Below, piece after piece: positions 20,961-30,071 of a stretch of 64,000 bases of DNA (position 1 is its first letter; each line of letters opens with the position of its first letter). Under the pieces are notes generated by a model. The model searched no databases and was not told the origin of the DNA. It saw nothing but the letters and a program-made list of their open reading frames with translations. Source of the DNA: Bacillota bacterium (lineage in GTDB: Bacteria; Bacillota; Sulfobacillia; JAJZYS01; JAJYTV01); the NCBI GenBank assembly GCA_021799275.1, contig JAJZAT010000008.1:11972-75971 (forward strand), written 5' to 3'. The position numbers and the translations under genes are program-made.

Positions 20961-20987
20961 CTACACCAGATCTCGAGGAGGTGCGCC

Positions 20988-22319
20988 GTGCGGCGAGAAG
21001 GCGCTGGCTACGCCGTCTCTGAACAGCTGCAGCGCGGCCGCACCCGGCGCGCCACCGCAGCCGCCGCCGAGCCACCCAAGGCCGGGTCCCGGCGGGCGGG
21101 AGTCGGGCGGCTCTTCCTGCTCGGCGCCGTGCTCGGCCCCGGCCTCATGGTGATGCTCGCCGACACCGATGCCGGCAGCGTCGTGACCGCGGCGCAATCC
21201 GGGGCCCTCTGGGGCTACGGCATGTTGCTGCCGCAGCTCCTGCTCATTCCGGTGCTCTACGTCGTGCAGGAGATGACCGTGCGCCTCGGCGTGCTCACAC
21301 GCAAGGGCCACGGCGAACTGATCCGCGACACCTTCGGCCGGCCCTGGGCCTTCCTGTCGGTCCTCACCCTGTTCGTTGCGGCGGTCGGGGCGCTGGTCAC
21401 CGAATTCGCCGGAATCGCGGGCGTCGGGCAGCTGTTCGGCGTCCCGAAGGTCTACAGCGTCGGCGCAGCCGCTCTGCTCCTGATCGGCCTGGGTGTCACC
21501 GGCAGCTACCGCCGCGTCGAGCGCGTGGGCATCGCCCTTGGGCTCTTCGAGCTGCTCTTCCTGCCTGCCGCCCTCATGTCCCATCCCGATCCCGTCTCGC
21601 TCGTCCATGGACTGGGCCAGCTGCCGCTCGGCAACCACGGCTATCTCATGCTTCTCGCCGCCAATGTCGGCGCCGTCATCATGCCGTGGATGGTCTTCTA
21701 CCAGCAGGGGGCCGTGATCGACAAGGGCCTCAGGCCGCGCCAGTTGCGCGGTGCCCGCGTCGACACCCTGGTGGGCGCGGTGGTGACGCAGCTTGTCATG
21801 ATCTTCGTGGTCGTCGCCGTCGCCGCGACCATCGGCCGCTCGGGCCACGCGACGGCGCTCCAGAGCATTCCGGAGATCTCCCGGGCGCTCGAACCCTTCC
21901 TCGGATTCGCCGGCGCGAAGCTGGCGTTCGGCCTCGGCATCCTGGGCGCGTCCCTGGTGGCAGCCATCGTCGTCTCGGTGGCGGCCGCCTTCGGTATTGG
22001 AGAGGCCTTCGGCTGCCCGCACAGTCTCAACAGCCAGGTCGGCGAGGCGTCGCACTTCTATCTCGCGTACGTCCTCGCGCTGGTGCTTGGGGCGGCGGTG
22101 GTGCTAAAAGGCCTCCCGCTCATCCACCTGACCATCGACATCGAAGTGATGAACGCGATCCTGCTGCCCGTGGTTCTGGGCTTCCTGCTCGCTCTGGAGG
22201 CGAAGGCGCTGCCTGCCCAGGCGCGCATGCGCGGCCCGTACCGCTGGTTCGTCTACCTCGCCACCGGGTCGGTCATCCTGGTCGGGCTGGTGACAACGTT
22301 CCATGCAGTTGCCGGGTAA
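20988..22319 (+). CDS. NRAMP-related divalent metal transporter
   Basis: LGPGL..MLADTDAGS, QEMTVRLG, GAVIMPWM motifs, many TM segments. Confidence 0.9.
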   Translation: MRREGAGYAVSEQLQRGRTRRATAAAAEPPKAGSRRAGVGRLFLLGAVLGPGLMVMLADTDAGSVVTAAQSGALWGYGMLLPQLLLIPVLYVVQEMTVRLGVLTRKGHGELIRDTFGRPWAFLSVLTLFVAAVGALVTEFAGIAGVGQLFGVPKVYSVGAAALLLIGLGVTGSYRRVERVGIALGLFELLFLPAALMSHPDPVSLVHGLGQLPLGNHGYLMLLAANVGAVIMPWMVFYQQGAVIDKGLRPRQLRGARVDTLVGAVVTQLVMIFVVVAVAATIGRSGHATALQSIPEISRALEPFLGFAGAKLAFGLGILGASLVAAIVVSVAAAFGIGEAFGCPHSLNSQVGEASHFYLAYVLALVLGAAVVLKGLPLIHLTIDIEVMNAILLPVVLGFLLALEAKALPAQARMRGPYRWFVYLATGSVILVGLVTTFHAVAG

Positions 22320-22394
22320 CGCCGGCAGGACATGCTGGAGCCCGCCGCGTCCGCGCGGCGGGCTCCAGTGTCTTCCCGGACCTTTACCGGGCCG

Positions 22395-23084
22395 CTACTC
22401 GCCGACGACGCCCCTGTACGCAAGGTACGAATAGACCGTCGTGAGCAGGACGGCGGCCACGACGCAGACCAGCAGGGCGACCCTGGCCCCTTGAGGCCAG
22501 AAGAACAGCAGGACGACAGGAACGAGGCCGGCCAGCATGAACACCGGCCCCGCGAAGCGGTGCGTGCGCCGCCAGACCTCTTCATTGGAGAGCGTCCACG
22601 CCGTGCGTACGCCGACGAAGTAGTTGAAGCGCACCCGGCCGAGCGAATTGCCGATGAACATGAACAGCAGCCCTACGACCACCACCGCCATGTCCCCGGG
22701 ATTGGCGGCGCTATAACCGAGATTGCGCCACATCGACCAGAAGAACATGAAGGCGATCACGAGGACGATCAGGAGACGCAAGGACCGGTAGAACGGCAGG
22801 AAGTCCGGGTAGTTGCGCCGCCGCGGGTCGATCACGGGCACCACGAGCAGGAAGAGCCACACCAGCACCGCAACGCCGATCGGCAGCAAGACCGCCCAGG
22901 GCGCGGGCATCCAGCCGTTCGGCTGACCGTTCAGGCCGAAGTGCGTCGCCACCCGCGCCGGCAGGTGCGGCAGGGCCCAGATCCCCACAGCCAGCATGAC
23001 CAGCCACACGAGGTACACCGGCCAGTCGTGCCGCGCCTCGCTGCCCAGCCGGTACTCCTTCGCCTTATCCGCCATGACTTCCAT
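22395..23084 (-). CDS. sdpI: SdpI/YfhL family immunity membrane protein (DUF1648 plus SdpI)
   Basis: LPARVATHF..G.PNGW, IDP, NYFVGVRTAWTL..EVWRRTHR. Confidence 0.88.
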   Translation of the reverse strand: MEVMADKAKEYRLGSEARHDWPVYLVWLVMLAVGIWALPHLPARVATHFGLNGQPNGWMPAPWAVLLPIGVAVLVWLFLLVVPVIDPRRRNYPDFLPFYRSLRLLIVLVIAFMFFWSMWRNLGYSAANPGDMAVVVVGLLFMFIGNSLGRVRFNYFVGVRTAWTLSNEEVWRRTHRFAGPVFMLAGLVPVVLLFFWPQGARVALLVCVVAAVLLTTVYSYLAYRGVVGE

Positions 23085-23367
23085 CCTCTCCCCCGATCGC
23101 ATCTCCGCGGCGGAGAACCTCGAGGCCCCAGCCGAGCGCTTCCTGCAGCACCGTGGTGTGCAGCGAATAGATGATCATTTGACCCTGCCGCCGCGACACC
23201 ACGAGGTCGGCCTGGCGCAGGGTGTTGAGATGGTGCGAGATGCTCGGTTTCGACAGGGTGAAGGCCGCGGCGATCTCGCCCGCGCTGAGATCTCCCTGGC
23301 TGAGCATGCGCAGGATCTGCCGCCGCGTCGGGTCCGACAGCGCCTGAAAGACATCGCCCAGCGACAT
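23065..23367 (-). CDS. sdpR: ArsR-family autorepressor SdpR
   Basis: FQALSDPTRRQIL, SKPSISHHL, GQ.IIYSL.TTV; directly upstream of sdpI. Confidence 0.9.
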   Translation of the reverse strand: MSLGDVFQALSDPTRRQILRMLSQGDLSAGEIAAAFTLSKPSISHHLNTLRQADLVVSRRQGQMIIYSLHTTVLQEALGWGLEVLRRGDAIGGEDGSHGG

Positions 23368-23460
23368 CGCGCCGCACCTTCTTTCGTGTTTTTATAATCA
23401 TCTAAATATCGTGTTGCGTCAAGCACGGTCCGCCCCTCCCATCAGCCGCGCTACCTTGTA

Positions 23461-23704
23461 CGATGGTTCTTAGGTGCAACCCGCAAGGGTCGACCATCCT
23501 GGTACCGGAAAATCGGCGTGCGGACGCGGTGCTCTGGTCCACTGGTCTTGGTACCTTCGCCCGGCCAGACGGCGGCGCAGGTACGGCTCGGAGGTATGCC
23601 CCAAGATACGCCCAGGATCAGGATTTTCAGCGTCCGCAGTGCGCTGCGACCCGCAAAGTGACGGGCGGACCCTGGCGAGTGGACCTGGTCCATGCGACTT
23701 TTTT
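23461..23704 (+). ncRNA. Candidate structured ncRNA with 6S-like rod architecture
   Basis: Hand-folded nested helices with G-U pairs on the + strand, central bubble, 3' U tract; no credible ORF. Confidence 0.5.
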
Positions 23705-23934
23705 CACGTGCCCCTAGGGCCACTTTGTCAGATCGCGTGCCATCCCGCTCTGGCAGATGGCCGTGGTGTGGGCAAATTGCCCGGCCAACCAACCTACCGG
23801 CCGCACCAGCACGAAACGGACTAGATGTTCATATGGCCTAATCGGCACAAGCGCGATAGTAGCTCCAGGCAGACAGCCCGCGTTGGGCAGCGCCGACGGC
23901 CGCGAGGCGCACTGCCAAGGGGAGGCAAAGTTCC

Positions 23935-24513
23935 ATGATCGACTATCTTGCAGTTATGCTGGTCGCCGTTGGTGCCGGTCTTGCGCTTCTGGCCTTGTAC
24001 CTCTACTTCAACCCCGCTCCTGAGCACCGTCCGACCTGGGGCTTCGGCTTCGGCGCCACCGCCCTCATCCTTGCCGCGACCTCGATCCCCATGGTGGTCA
24101 CCTGGCCGCTGCCCGGCTCCTACAACGTCGCGTACGGTGAGCCCGCCCTTATGTTCGGCGCCCTCTTCACCGTCGCAGGCCTCGCGCTCGTCTTCCGCCT
24201 CGAGCTCCTCGGTCCCGCGATCTGGGGCTTCTTCGCAGGCATCGCCGCCGTCGTGGTCGGCGACCACATGATCGCCCTGCACATGTCGAACTCCCCGACC
24301 ATCGCCGGCCTCGGCTTCATCTTCGCCGGTGTCGGCGGCATCCTGACCCTGCCGGCCATCGCCATGAAGAACATGCGCTGGATCGCGATCATCGCGGCCA
24401 TCGTGCTCGCCGTCGCAGCCGTCATCTGGCTCTACACCGGATTCATGAGCTACCCCGGCCACATGGCGGACTTCGCCAAGTACGTCCCCGCCTACATGAA
24501 GGGCAGCAAGTAA
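23935..24513 (+). CDS. DUF981 family membrane protein
   Basis: IDYL..ML start, TWPLPGSYN..YGEP motif, C-terminal Y.GH; SD GGGAGG. Confidence 0.8.
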   Translation: MIDYLAVMLVAVGAGLALLALYLYFNPAPEHRPTWGFGFGATALILAATSIPMVVTWPLPGSYNVAYGEPALMFGALFTVAGLALVFRLELLGPAIWGFFAGIAAVVVGDHMIALHMSNSPTIAGLGFIFAGVGGILTLPAIAMKNMRWIAIIAAIVLAVAAVIWLYTGFMSYPGHMADFAKYVPAYMKGSK

Positions 24514-24555
24514 GTAAGGTTTCCTCCGGAGACCATCGCGGCGGCTCTCCACAGC

Positions 24556-24586
24556 AAGGCACCGAACCTTGGGGGTTCGGTGCCTT
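24556..24586. terminator. Hairpin between convergent genes
   Basis: AAGGCACCGAACC-TTGGG-GGTTCGGTGCCTT. Confidence 0.7.
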
Positions 24587-24649
24587 CCCGTTGTCGAATC
24601 CGGACGACTGGCGTCGACCGCACGGGCGCCGCGGGTCGCATGGCGGCCT

Positions 24650-25891
24650 TCAGCCGACTTCCTCCCGGCCTTCCGGGTAGCGCAGATGCTCGCCCGTCCG
24701 CGCGATGTCGCGGAGAACCGTGAGCGCCTGAGCGATCTCCCTGAACGTGGTGTAGAGCGGGTGCGGGCCCAGCCGCACGACGTCCGGAGGCCGGAAGTCC
24801 GGCACGACGCCGCGGTCCTTGAGCGCGCGGCTCAGGCGCGCGGCCTCGGGGTGCGCCAAGGCGACGTGTCCGCCACGCGCCTCGGGCGATCTCGGCGTCA
24901 CCACTTGGAAGCCCTGTTCCCGCAGCACGTCGTCCGCCATCGCGGCGAGCAGTTCCGTCTGGCGCAGCGAGCGCCGCCGGACGGCCTCCATGCCCACCTC
25001 CCGGTAGATCTCGAGGCTACCGAGCAGCGGCACCGAGGAGAGGACCGGCGGCGTCCCCACCTGCAGGGCGCCGGCATCGTCGGCGGGCCCAAGCTCCATC
25101 GGCATGTCGAACTGCCTCGCCTTGTCGCTGCCGAACCAGCCCGCCATGCCGGGCCGCACGGGCAGGTGGCGCCGATGGACAAAGAGGCCGCCGATCGCGC
25201 CGGGCCCGCCGCAGAGGTACTTGTACGTGCAGAAGAAGGCAAAATCCGCCTCGTCCCGGTGCAGCGCGAGCGGGATCGCGCCCACGGCGTGCGAGAGATC
25301 CCACGCGACCGGCACTCCGCGCGCGTGGGCCGCGGCCGTGATCTCCCCGATCGCCAGCGCCTGCCCGGAGCGGTAGAGGACGCCGGGCAGCACGGCGAGC
25401 GCCACGTCGTCGTCGAGTGCGGCAAGAATGTCGTCCGCCGCGAGCGTATGCCCGTCGCGGCTGGGAATCAGGCGCAGGCTGCGGCGGACGTCGAGGCCGC
25501 GTCGCTCGAGATGGCCGGCGATGGCATAGAGATCGCTCGGGAAGGCGAGAGCTTCGGTGACGACGACACGACGGTCGCCGCTCGGGCGGTAGAAGGTCTG
25601 CAGGACCTGGTGCAGGTTCAAGGTGGTCTGCGCGGTCGCGATGACCTCCCCCGGCAACGCACCGACGACATCCGACAGCATCGCGCCGATCGTCTCGGCG
25701 AGGTGGAACCATGGCACCTCGGCGCCCTGCCACCCGCCGACACCAAGTCGGCGCCAGTCCAGCGCGGCCCGCTCGAGGTGTTCCTGGCCTCGCTTCGTCA
25801 AGGGGCCGAGCGAGTTGCCGTCGAGGTAGATGACGTCCTCCGGCAGCAGAAATTCCTGGCGCAGGTCGCGCAAGGCGTCGTCGCGGTCCAT
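24650..25891 (-). CDS. kynU: Kynureninase
   Basis: YLDGNSLG, FPSDLY, WDLSHAVG, CTYKYLCGGPG, GWFG, DFR. Confidence 0.95.
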   Translation of the reverse strand: MDRDDALRDLRQEFLLPEDVIYLDGNSLGPLTKRGQEHLERAALDWRRLGVGGWQGAEVPWFHLAETIGAMLSDVVGALPGEVIATAQTTLNLHQVLQTFYRPSGDRRVVVTEALAFPSDLYAIAGHLERRGLDVRRSLRLIPSRDGHTLAADDILAALDDDVALAVLPGVLYRSGQALAIGEITAAAHARGVPVAWDLSHAVGAIPLALHRDEADFAFFCTYKYLCGGPGAIGGLFVHRRHLPVRPGMAGWFGSDKARQFDMPMELGPADDAGALQVGTPPVLSSVPLLGSLEIYREVGMEAVRRRSLRQTELLAAMADDVLREQGFQVVTPRSPEARGGHVALAHPEAARLSRALKDRGVVPDFRPPDVVRLGPHPLYTTFREIAQALTVLRDIARTGEHLRYPEGREEVG

Positions 25892-26109
25892 GCCTCCCGC
25901 CTTCTCTAGCCATTCCTCGCAGCGCACAGATCCCCAACTCCCAGCGGTCGTATCGAGGGCGGCTTCGCGCAGGGCCCTGCCGGCACCTGCATGCCGCCCG
26001 GTCGGTCACGCGCCTGGGAGCACCGCCGGGGTGCGGCCAGTTTGTGCCGCAGGAACGGCGCGAAGCGGCCCCGAATCGCGTTAGGACCCACCCGCAGGAG
26101 GAGTCGCCT

Positions 26110-28251
26110 TTGCTTCGCCGCATTTCCGCGTGGCTCGCCGGCCTCGCGCTAATCCTGGCGGCAGCCACGCTCGCGCTGTCCGCTTTGTCCGCCCCAGCTG
26201 CCTCGCCGCCCATGCCGGTCGGTGGCAGCTGGCGGTCCATCGGCCCTGCGCCGGTGCTGCACGACCCCTACGCAGGCAACGAGAGCGGCCGCGTCGATGC
26301 GCTAGCCGCGGCGGACGGCAGCCTCTTCGCGGGTTCAGCGGGCGGCGGCGTCTGGGTGACCTCCGACGAGGGCAAGACCTGGCGTCCGCTGTCCGATCGC
26401 ACGCCGGACATGGCGATCGGCGCTCTCGCCGTGCAGGCGAAACCGGAGGTGATCTACGCCGGAACCGGCGAGAACGACGATTGCGGCGACTGCTTCTTCT
26501 CCGATGGCATCCTGCGCAGCGCGAACGGTGGCCGAACCTGGCAACTGCTCGGCGAGAAGGTCTTCTACGGCCATTACCTCTCCTCGATCCTGCTCGACCC
26601 GACCGATCCGCAGCGCCTCTTCGCCGCCGGCGACTTTGGCGTCGAACGTTCTGGCGACGGCGGCCGGACCTGGCATCTCGTGCTCGGCGATCCCACGACC
26701 GACCTCAGCTGGCTGCCGGGCAATCCGCGGCGCCTCCTCGCGGGCGTCGAAGGAGTCGGTGTCGAGGTTTCAAGCGACCTCGGCCGGACGTGGCGCGTGC
26801 TCGCAGGCGGCCTGCCGCACAAGGAGTCTCGGATCGGCAGGGTGGCGCTGGCCGTCGCGCCCAGCGACCCGAGCACCATGTACGTCAGCATGGCGACCTT
26901 GAACCGCCGCTGCACCGACTGCCTGCTTGGGCTCTACGTCAGCCGCGACGGGGGTGCGACGTTCCAGAAGCTCACCCACACCCCGGACTTCCTGCGTGAA
27001 CCGAACACGAGCCCGCCGCAGGCACAGGGCGATTACGACCAGGTCCTGGCCGTATCCCCGCAGAACCCGCAGGAAGTCTTCGCGGGGGGCGTCGAGCTCC
27101 TCGCGTCGACCGACGGGGGCGCCCGTTGGACCGACCTGACGCAGACCTTCTACCTGCACACGGACCAGCACGCGCTGCTTTTCGGCGCACAGGGTCTCTA
27201 CATCGGCAACGACGGCGGCGTCTACCGGCTGACGCCGCAGCACACCATGCAGGATCTCAACACGAACCTCTCGATCACCCAGGTGTACCCGGCGATGGCG
27301 GTGTCCCCGGGCGGCCACCGCGTGCTGGCGGGATTCCAGGACAACGGCACGGCGGTCTACAACCTCCATACCGGCCGCTGGACCTCCCTGATCGGCGGCG
27401 ATGGCGGCTGGAACGCCTTCGGCGCGGGCAAGCCGCCACGCATGCTCGGCGAGGTCGACGGGGCTCTGCAGCGCTCGGGCACCAGCGGGCGACGCTGGGG
27501 CTCGCCGCAGCCGCCTGTCGGCCCGCTGGGTGTGGGCGCCTTCGCGGTCGACCCCCGGCACCGCAACGTCCTCCTGGCCGGCGGCCAACAGATCTGGCGC
27601 TCGACGGCCGACGGCGGCCGGTGGCGCCGGGTGACGCACGTGCGCGGCGGTGGGCCGGTCACCGTGATCGCGTTCGCGCCGGGCAGTGGCAGGATTGTCT
27701 ACGCGGGCTGGCAGAACGGGCAGGTGGCGCTCTCCGAAAATACCGGACGCACCTGGCGGCTCATCTCGCCCACCAGCTGGACAACGCCCTGCGCCTTCGC
27801 GGGGCCGGGCGACGCGGATGCCTACGTCACGGACATCGCGGCAGAGCCGGGCGACCCCTACCGCGCCTTCGTCAGCGTCGCCTTTGGCATGCCGCAGTCC
27901 TTGCCGGACTGCCCGTTCGTGTTCGAGACGCCCGCGGCCAATGCGTCGTGGCCTTCCTGGACCGACATCTCGGGCACCCTGCCGAGCTTCTCCGCGCTCG
28001 GCCTCTTTGTGGCGTCGAACGGCCTTGTGGCCGCCACTGGTGGCGGCGTCTTCTGGAGTCCCTTGGCGGACGCCGGCTGGCGCCCACTCGGCACGGCGCT
28101 GCCCAACGTGCAGACGACCACCGTCGCGCAGTTGCCCTCAGGCACCCTGCTGCTCGGCACCTACGGTCGCGGCGTCTGGGAGTTGCCCGCGGCCAGGAAG
28201 CCCGCCAGCCAGCGCCCCGGGGGCTTGCGACAGGTCCCGTCAGGGCGATAA
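26110..28251 (+). CDS. Secreted BNR/Asp-box repeat beta-propeller protein (GH74/VPS10-like)
   Basis: Signal peptide; many S-x-D-G-G-x-T-W repeats; YAGTGE, HTDQH, GNDGG, TYGRGVW; TTG after AGGAGG. Confidence 0.85.
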   Translation: MLRRISAWLAGLALILAAATLALSALSAPAASPPMPVGGSWRSIGPAPVLHDPYAGNESGRVDALAAADGSLFAGSAGGGVWVTSDEGKTWRPLSDRTPDMAIGALAVQAKPEVIYAGTGENDDCGDCFFSDGILRSANGGRTWQLLGEKVFYGHYLSSILLDPTDPQRLFAAGDFGVERSGDGGRTWHLVLGDPTTDLSWLPGNPRRLLAGVEGVGVEVSSDLGRTWRVLAGGLPHKESRIGRVALAVAPSDPSTMYVSMATLNRRCTDCLLGLYVSRDGGATFQKLTHTPDFLREPNTSPPQAQGDYDQVLAVSPQNPQEVFAGGVELLASTDGGARWTDLTQTFYLHTDQHALLFGAQGLYIGNDGGVYRLTPQHTMQDLNTNLSITQVYPAMAVSPGGHRVLAGFQDNGTAVYNLHTGRWTSLIGGDGGWNAFGAGKPPRMLGEVDGALQRSGTSGRRWGSPQPPVGPLGVGAFAVDPRHRNVLLAGGQQIWRSTADGGRWRRVTHVRGGGPVTVIAFAPGSGRIVYAGWQNGQVALSENTGRTWRLISPTSWTTPCAFAGPGDADAYVTDIAAEPGDPYRAFVSVAFGMPQSLPDCPFVFETPAANASWPSWTDISGTLPSFSALGLFVASNGLVAATGGGVFWSPLADAGWRPLGTALPNVQTTTVAQLPSGTLLLGTYGRGVWELPAARKPASQRPGGLRQVPSGR

Positions 28252-28312
28252 TCCCGGTGGGCCGGTGCGCCGCGCCCCACCTCCATACGGCCTCTAAAAG
28301 GAGCCATCCGCA

Positions 28313-28759
28313 TTGGACGTCATCCTCTATACCGACGGCGCATGCTCAGGAAACCCCGGCCCTGGCGGCTGGGCCGCCGTCCTCATCTGGGGCGACCGCC
28401 GCAAGGAGATCTCGGGCTACGCCCCAAGCACGACCAACAACCGCATGGAACTCATGGCCTTGCTGGAGGGTCTTAGGGCCCTCAAGACGCCCTGCGGCGT
28501 GCAGGTGCACTCGGACTCGACCTATGTCGTCAACGCCTTCCGCCAAGGTTGGCTGACGCGCTGGCAGAAGAACGGCTGGCGCACGTCGCAGGGCGGAAGC
28601 GTGGAGAACCAGGATCTCTGGCAGGCCATCCTGCAGGCGACGCAAGCCCACGACGTCCAGTTCCATTGGGTCAAGGGACATGCCCGGAGTCAGGAGAACA
28701 ACCGTTGCGACGAACTGGCCCGCGAGGCGATCCAGCACAAGGGCGCCGCCGGGTCCTGA
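28313..28759 (+). CDS. rnhA: Ribonuclease HI
   Basis: YTDGACSGNPGPGGW, TTNNRMEL, SDSTYV, WVKGH, N.RCD. Confidence 0.97.
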   Translation: MDVILYTDGACSGNPGPGGWAAVLIWGDRRKEISGYAPSTTNNRMELMALLEGLRALKTPCGVQVHSDSTYVVNAFRQGWLTRWQKNGWRTSQGGSVENQDLWQAILQATQAHDVQFHWVKGHARSQENNRCDELAREAIQHKGAAGS

Positions 28760-28790
28760 ACATTCCCCGTCCGTCCATACGGCACCCAGA

Positions 28791-28841
28791 GCGAGCGAAG
28801 GGCGGTCCTGCCGGCAAGGTGGGACCGCCCTTCGCCCGCTT
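28791..28841 (+). terminator. Hairpin after rnhA
   Basis: GCGAAGGGCGGTCC...GGACCGCCCTTCGC. Confidence 0.65.
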
Positions 28842-29105
28842 GCCGGCGCGAGACAAAACTGGCCAGGTCGACCGGTCTACGCACCGGGACAAGCTCATAT
28901 ATTTGACCAAGTCATCCCGTCGGCTCCCGGTGGCTTCGTTCCACGGACGCCCGACGGTTTACCGCTGTGGCCGGCCCACCCTCGCCGCATGTCCTCCGCT
29001 CGGCCCGCAAGCCCATCTGCAGCCTGGCCCGCATCGCGTCCGGACCGCACCACCGATGCCGTCTCGTGCCGACGCAATCCTCGGCGCCCGCGAGGAGGTA
29101 CCCTG

Positions 29106-30059
29106 ATGGGAGTCTTCGTCGTACGCCGGCTCGCTCAGGCCGTCCCGGTGATCTTCCTGATCTCCCTCCTGCTCTTCTTCATGATGCACGCGATGCCCGG
29201 CGGGCCCCTCGCGATGTACGTGCACCAGCCCGGCATCACGAAGGCGATGCTCGAGCAGATCCGCATCGACTACGGCCTGAACCAGGGACTCTGGACGCAA
29301 TACGTGGACTGGCTCGGCAAAGCCGTGCGCGGCGATTTCGGCTACTCGTACGTGTACGCTCAGCCGGCTGCCGGCATGATGCTGCAGCGTCTGCCTGCGA
29401 CGCTCGAGCTCATGCTCTCGTCCTTTCTCATCACCGTCCTGTGCTCGTTCCTGCTCGGCGTCTACAGCGCCGTGCGGCAGTACTCTTTCGGGGACTACCT
29501 GATCACGGTCGTCAGCTACTTCGGCTTCTCCATGCCCACCTTCTGGCTTGGCCTCATGGTGCTGATCCTCTTCTCCGTACACCTGCACTGGTTCCCGGCC
29601 GGCGGTATGGCGACGGCGGGTGCCGCGTTCAGCCTGGGCGACCGCTTATGGCACCTCATCCTGCCGATGCTGGTCCTGGCCTTTTACACGCTGGCGTCCG
29701 AAAGCCGTTATGTCCGCTCGTCGATGCTCGACGTCATCCACCAGGACTACATCCGGACCGCTCGCGCCAAGGGAGTCGGAGAAGGCCGGGTGATCTGGCG
29801 CCACGCCCTGCGCAACGCTCTGCTCCCCGTGGTGACGGTGATGGTCATGGATGCCGCCTACCTGTTCGGTGGCGCTTTGATCACGGAGACCATCTTCTCC
29901 TGGCCGGGTATGGGACGCCTGTTCATCCAGGCCATCCTGCAGAGCGACTACCCGGTGCTGATGGCCGTCGTCTCCTTCCTCTCGGTCGTCATCGTGCTCG
30001 CGAACATCCTCGCGGATGTGCTCTACGGGCTGCTCGACCCCCGCATCCAGTACAGCTGA
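29106..30059 (+). CDS. oppB: Opp/Dpp ABC permease B
   Basis: PGGP, GDFGYS, RLPATLEL, YIRTARAKG, ETIFSWPGMG, LDPRI. Confidence 0.92.
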   Translation: MGVFVVRRLAQAVPVIFLISLLLFFMMHAMPGGPLAMYVHQPGITKAMLEQIRIDYGLNQGLWTQYVDWLGKAVRGDFGYSYVYAQPAAGMMLQRLPATLELMLSSFLITVLCSFLLGVYSAVRQYSFGDYLITVVSYFGFSMPTFWLGLMVLILFSVHLHWFPAGGMATAGAAFSLGDRLWHLILPMLVLAFYTLASESRYVRSSMLDVIHQDYIRTARAKGVGEGRVIWRHALRNALLPVVTVMVMDAAYLFGGALITETIFSWPGMGRLFIQAILQSDYPVLMAVVSFLSVVIVLANILADVLYGLLDPRIQYS

Positions 30060-30071
30060 GGGGGCGCCGGG

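Noticed and set aside
23451..23824. Short ORFs 23451-23792, 23463-23717 and 23474-23824, and SRP, T-box or retron identity for the rod
   Set aside because: The ORFs lack SDs and recognisable motifs; there is no SRP CAGG/GGAA/AGCA helix, no T-box antiterminator and no reverse transcriptase nearby
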